From: Chthonomonadales bacterium
Lineage (GTDB): Bacteria; Armatimonadota; Chthonomonadetes; Chthonomonadales; CAJBBX01
Length of the DNA stretch: 64,000 nucleotides
Reading direction: 5' to 3'
Assembly: GCA_049967475.1 (NCBI GenBank)
Contig: JBMFSQ010000003.1
Coordinates: 73,529-137,528, forward strand
Part shown: one piece after another, positions 60,325 to 64,000 of the stretch
Layout of the letters: every line of letters starts with the position of its first letter
Numbering within the stretch: position 1 is the first letter of the stretch
Position numbers and translations under genes: made by a program
Notes under the pieces: model-generated
Databases searched by the model: none
The model's input: only the letters and a program-made list of their open reading frames with translations
Told to the model about the DNA's origin: nothing

Positions 60325-61904
60325 ATCCACGCTTGCGCGCAACCCTTTGGATCCTGGCAGCTTTGATTGGGATAGGCGCTTTGGCGAGGGTGCGCATGCT
60401 GCGTGTTCGCCAACTTCAGGATGCTCCCCGCCTTGAAGAGCCTCCGCTTGCCGTGCAGACTGCTGCGGTGCGGCAGGGGCGCGTCTCCGCCACGATCACC
60501 GAGCAGGGTGTGCTGGTGGCCGAGACCGAGAGTGCTGTGGCCCCGCAAGTGATGGCTCGCTGCATCGAAGTGAACAAGCACGAAGGCGATCGTGTTCGGG
60601 AAGGAGAGGTCATCGCGAGGCTGGACGACGAGGAACTGCGCGACATCCTCAATACGCAGGCATCGGAAATGTTGAGCGGGCGGGAGGCGGCAGCAGCCCA
60701 ATTCGCCGAAGTAGCCCGGGCCCGCGAGGATGTTGCCGCCCGCAGTGCCGATGTGGAGGGTGCTCGTGCCGCCGCGGCTGCTGCCCAGTCAGAAGTGGAT
60801 GCCGCCCGTCAACTGCTGGCAGCGCAGACAGCCGATATGCAAGGTGCACAACAGGCCGTCGCAGCCCAGCAGGCGGACGTGGACCGCGTACGAGAGAACC
60901 TTGCCGCGGCGGAGGCGGCTGCTGCAACTCAGCGGTCGAAAACTGCACGGGACCGCATCCTGTACGAAAACAGGGCCATATCCCAAGAGCAATGGGAGGC
61001 TTCCCAAACGGCTTTAGTGCAGAGTGAACGTGCGGTTGCCGCGCTCAAACGCCAGATCGAGGCGCTGGGCCGGGGAGTAGATGCAGCAAAGATGCGGGTG
61101 GTGTCGCTTCAAAGGGGGATGGACGCCACGCGCCAGAGGATCGCTTCACTCTCAAACAATGTGGAGCAGGCCCACAAGAAAGTACGTTCCCTGTTGGCGA
61201 CCCTTGCCGACGCCCGCCAGCGTGTCGCCGCCCAGCGTCACACGGCAGAAGCTGCGGAACGCAAGGCCCAGGCTTTGGCACAGAACGTGATGACGGTGCG
61301 CACCCGCTTGGGCTATACGCTCATCCGCGCACCCTACGACGGCGTCATCACGGCACGTTTGGCGGAACCAGGGAACCTGGTGATGCCGGGGCAGCCGATT
61401 TACCGCATTCTGAAACCGGGCTCTGTGAAGGTCATCGTGAACCTTCCTCAGGAGGATCTGGGGCTCGTGCGGACGGGAACGCATGCGATACTCTCTGCAC
61501 CGGCTGGGTCCATGCGTGCGTACGTAACGCGCGTCTATCCCTCCCTCTCCAACAGCCGGTTGGGAGTAGCTGAGATCCTTCTTGCCCGCGCACCCTTTGG
61601 CCTTAAGAGCGGGTCCACGGTGCAGGTGGCTCTACAAACCCTATCCAAAGAAGGCATTGTTGTGCCCATTCGATCCGTTCTGGATGGCGCCCACGGATCT
61701 TTGGTTTTCAAAGTGGAGAACGGGGTCGCCCGCAGCGTTCCGATTGTGGTCCTCACCCGGGGAACTCAGGAAGCCGTCGTCAGCGGCAATCTGAGCCCGG
61801 GGGACGTCGTCGTGGTGGGAACGCCGGCAGAGCTTATGGTGGTAACGAACGGACGCAAGATTGCAGCGATCCAGCCGGGAGGGTCCTCCGATGAGGTTCG
61901 TTGA
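60321..61904 (+). CDS. RND efflux periplasmic adaptor (MFP) with very long alpha-hairpin
   Basis: Lipoyl halves EGDRVREGEVIARLD and IRAPYDGVI; TM anchor. Confidence 0.92.
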   Translation: MNPRLRATLWILAALIGIGALARVRMLRVRQLQDAPRLEEPPLAVQTAAVRQGRVSATITEQGVLVAETESAVAPQVMARCIEVNKHEGDRVREGEVIARLDDEELRDILNTQASEMLSGREAAAAQFAEVARAREDVAARSADVEGARAAAAAAQSEVDAARQLLAAQTADMQGAQQAVAAQQADVDRVRENLAAAEAAAATQRSKTARDRILYENRAISQEQWEASQTALVQSERAVAALKRQIEALGRGVDAAKMRVVSLQRGMDATRQRIASLSNNVEQAHKKVRSLLATLADARQRVAAQRHTAEAAERKAQALAQNVMTVRTRLGYTLIRAPYDGVITARLAEPGNLVMPGQPIYRILKPGSVKVIVNLPQEDLGLVRTGTHAILSAPAGSMRAYVTRVYPSLSNSRLGVAEILLARAPFGLKSGSTVQVALQTLSKEGIVVPIRSVLDGAHGSLVFKVENGVARSVPIVVLTRGTQEAVVSGNLSPGDVVVVGTPAELMVVTNGRKIAAIQPGGSSDEVR

Positions 61905-64000
61905 GCGATATTTGCGCAAGCCCCATCTGCTGCTGTCCTTGGTGCTGGTGGCGGCCTTTGTAGGGCTGATCGGCTACCAACGGATACCGGTGAACCTCTT
62001 TCCTGACTCGGAGCGCCCTCAAATTGCAGTGGTGACGGTGTACCCTGGCGCGGCAGCGGCCGACGTGGAAGCAGAAGTGAGCCGCACCATCGAGAAAGAA
62101 GTGTCCACCATTGAATTGGTGCGCAAGGTCACCTCCGTTAGCCGAGATGAAGTGAGCTCGGTAAACATCGAGTTCGAATACGAGAAGGGGCTGGAACCGG
62201 CCGCCACAGATGTAGCAAATGCCCTCTCCAAAATCTCTGCGCAGCTTCCCAGAAGCATCCAGCCTCCGATGATTTTCAAAGTGTCTTCGGCCACGCCCGC
62301 TGTCCTCACACTGGCGCTCCAGCCGAAGCCCGGAAGCCCGCTGACACTCGACATGGTACGGGAGTTGGCGGATAACCGCATCAAGGAGTGGCTGCTCCAG
62401 GTCCCGAACGTGTCTAACGTAGAGGTCTTTGGTGGGCACCAGCCTGTCATCCGCGTAGACGTAGATCCGGAACGATTGGATCGCTACGGGCTGACTGCGC
62501 AGAACGTACAAACCGCTCTGGCTGCGTTCAACAGCAATCAGCCCCTTGGCTTGGTAATCAACAGCAACTCACAATACCTGTTGAAGCGCGCTGGAGAATT
62601 CGGCACGGTAGAGGATGCCCGCAACATCGTAGTGGCGCATCGGTCTGAAGGCGATGTGCACCTACGCGACGTGGCGAGGGTTACTCGGGGGATTCTGGAG
62701 CCTCAGAGCTCCTACCATGCCGACGGAGCGCCAGCCATAGCCATCAACATTGAACGGGCGCCTTCGGGCCACGCGCTGGATACGTTCAACAGCGTCGTAG
62801 CGGTCCTTCCCCAATTGGAGCGGATGTTCCCCAGCATTGCCTTCAGTGTGCCCGACAACCAGGGGGATTTGATCAAGCTCTCTGTAGGCAACATGCAGGA
62901 TGCGCTGCGCGACGCAATTGTCATGACAGTGCTGGTGATCTTCCTCTTTCTTGCCGACATCCCCTTGATGCTGTTGGCAGCCGTCTCCATCCCTTTCACC
63001 TATCTGATCACCTTTGCCGTGATGTGGCTCATGGGTTCCGAGTTCAACCTCACCACGCTTACGGCTGTGATCGTGGCGGTGGGAATGCTGCTGGATGACG
63101 CAATCGTCGTGCTGGAAAACATCGAGCGCCACTACAAATCGTTGGGCAAGACGCCGTACGATGCTGCCGTGGGCGGCACCGAAGAGGTGATGCTGGCCAT
63201 TTTCTCGGGCACCTACGCCACCGTCATGGTACTGCTCCCGATCATCTTCATCGGAGGGTATGTGCAGACGGTGCTGCAGCCGTTCGGCCTCACCTTGGTC
63301 ATCGCCCTCCTGGCCTCTTATGTGGTGTCGGTAACGGTCATCCCTATTCTAGCGCCTGTGCTGCTGCGCTTCTCCCATGGACGCAGACCCAGCTTCATCG
63401 AACGATGGGTGCATCAGTTTGACGAGCGAGCCGTAGGGCCTCTGCGGGACGCATACGTACGTGCCGTGCAGGTGGCCGTGCGACGGCCTTGGATTTTTCT
63501 GCCCCCGGCCCTGCTCGCCCTGGTCGTGTCTCTCAGGCAAATGCCCCTGATCGGCCGGGATCTCATGTCTCCCATGGATACCGGTATCGTAAAGATCTCC
63601 ATGCAGATGTTTGCCAACACGTCCCTCGCCGCCACGGACGCGGCCGTTGCGGAACTGGAGCGGCGCATCCGAAGTCATCCCGAGGTAACAAGCATCTCCA
63701 CGTATATCGGATCCGAACCCGCCGTGATTTCGTTTGGGTCCGCCAGGACGGCGCAACAATGTGATATGACGGTGCACCTCATTGACCGCTTCCACCGGAA
63801 GAAAAACATCTGGCAGTTGGAGAATGAATTCCGCCAGGCGGGGCGCAGCATCCCGGGGATCCAATATCTGGATGTGTTCGATTACGGGGCCACACCGCTT
63901 TCGACCATCAACGCACCCGTAGATGTAATGATCTCGGGACCCGATCTCAACGAGCTTCAGCGCATCGGCGATGATGTAACTCGGCGCCTCGTGGCCAATG
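61891..64000 (+). CDS. RND efflux permease (AcrB/AcrD/AcrF family), 3' end runs off the window
   Basis: Absent from the ORF track. From ATG 61891: PVNLFPD.ERP, YPGA.AADVE, GMLLDDAIVVLENI. Confidence 0.93.
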   Translation, partial: MRFVERYLRKPHLLLSLVLVAAFVGLIGYQRIPVNLFPDSERPQIAVVTVYPGAAAADVEAEVSRTIEKEVSTIELVRKVTSVSRDEVSSVNIEFEYEKGLEPAATDVANALSKISAQLPRSIQPPMIFKVSSATPAVLTLALQPKPGSPLTLDMVRELADNRIKEWLLQVPNVSNVEVFGGHQPVIRVDVDPERLDRYGLTAQNVQTALAAFNSNQPLGLVINSNSQYLLKRAGEFGTVEDARNIVVAHRSEGDVHLRDVARVTRGILEPQSSYHADGAPAIAINIERAPSGHALDTFNSVVAVLPQLERMFPSIAFSVPDNQGDLIKLSVGNMQDALRDAIVMTVLVIFLFLADIPLMLLAAVSIPFTYLITFAVMWLMGSEFNLTTLTAVIVAVGMLLDDAIVVLENIERHYKSLGKTPYDAAVGGTEEVMLAIFSGTYATVMVLLPIIFIGGYVQTVLQPFGLTLVIALLASYVVSVTVIPILAPVLLRFSHGRRPSFIERWVHQFDERAVGPLRDAYVRAVQVAVRRPWIFLPPALLALVVSLRQMPLIGRDLMSPMDTGIVKISMQMFANTSLAATDAAVAELERRIRSHPEVTSISTYIGSEPAVISFGSARTAQQCDMTVHLIDRFHRKKNIWQLENEFRQAGRSIPGIQYLDVFDYGATPLSTINAPVDVMISGPDLNELQRIGDDVTRRLVAN

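Overview
GC-rich (roughly 63%) bacterial chromosomal segment. The prepilin-type DUF1559/H-X9-DG proteins, DUF6785-like membrane protein, CRTAC1/TPR pairs, OmpH, TolC and HrcA/CIRCE suggest Armatimonadota; this is inferred, not verified. About 50 CDSs are present, mostly housekeeping or envelope genes (GH15, DprA-like, fabI, transaldolase, nfeD/SPFH, yebC, groES/groEL with CIRCE, priA, moaC, mobA, trxB, holB, NurA, RND pump). I saw no rRNA, tRNA, CRISPR array or mobile element. The main finding is that two ORFs split by the track (24957-26144 and 24468-24884, minus strand) lie in the same frame and are separated by one TGA. That TGA sits in a T-U-L-S-C (UxxC) context and is followed immediately by a ~20-bp hairpin with a UGGAU apical loop that fits the bacterial SECIS model. 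This makes a candidate new selenoprotein inside an ABC-transporter/MoxR-AAA+/rhomboid operon. Other leads: an apbE gene divergent from a non-catalytic FGE-fold protein carrying a DxxSGAS flavinylation motif; a CRTAC1 gene broken by an in-frame TAA; a switch-like leader on a cold-shock gene; an RND adaptor with an unusually long 14-residue-repeat hairpin; and a four-GAF protein with no output domain. All calls come from reading motifs by eye; no searches were run.
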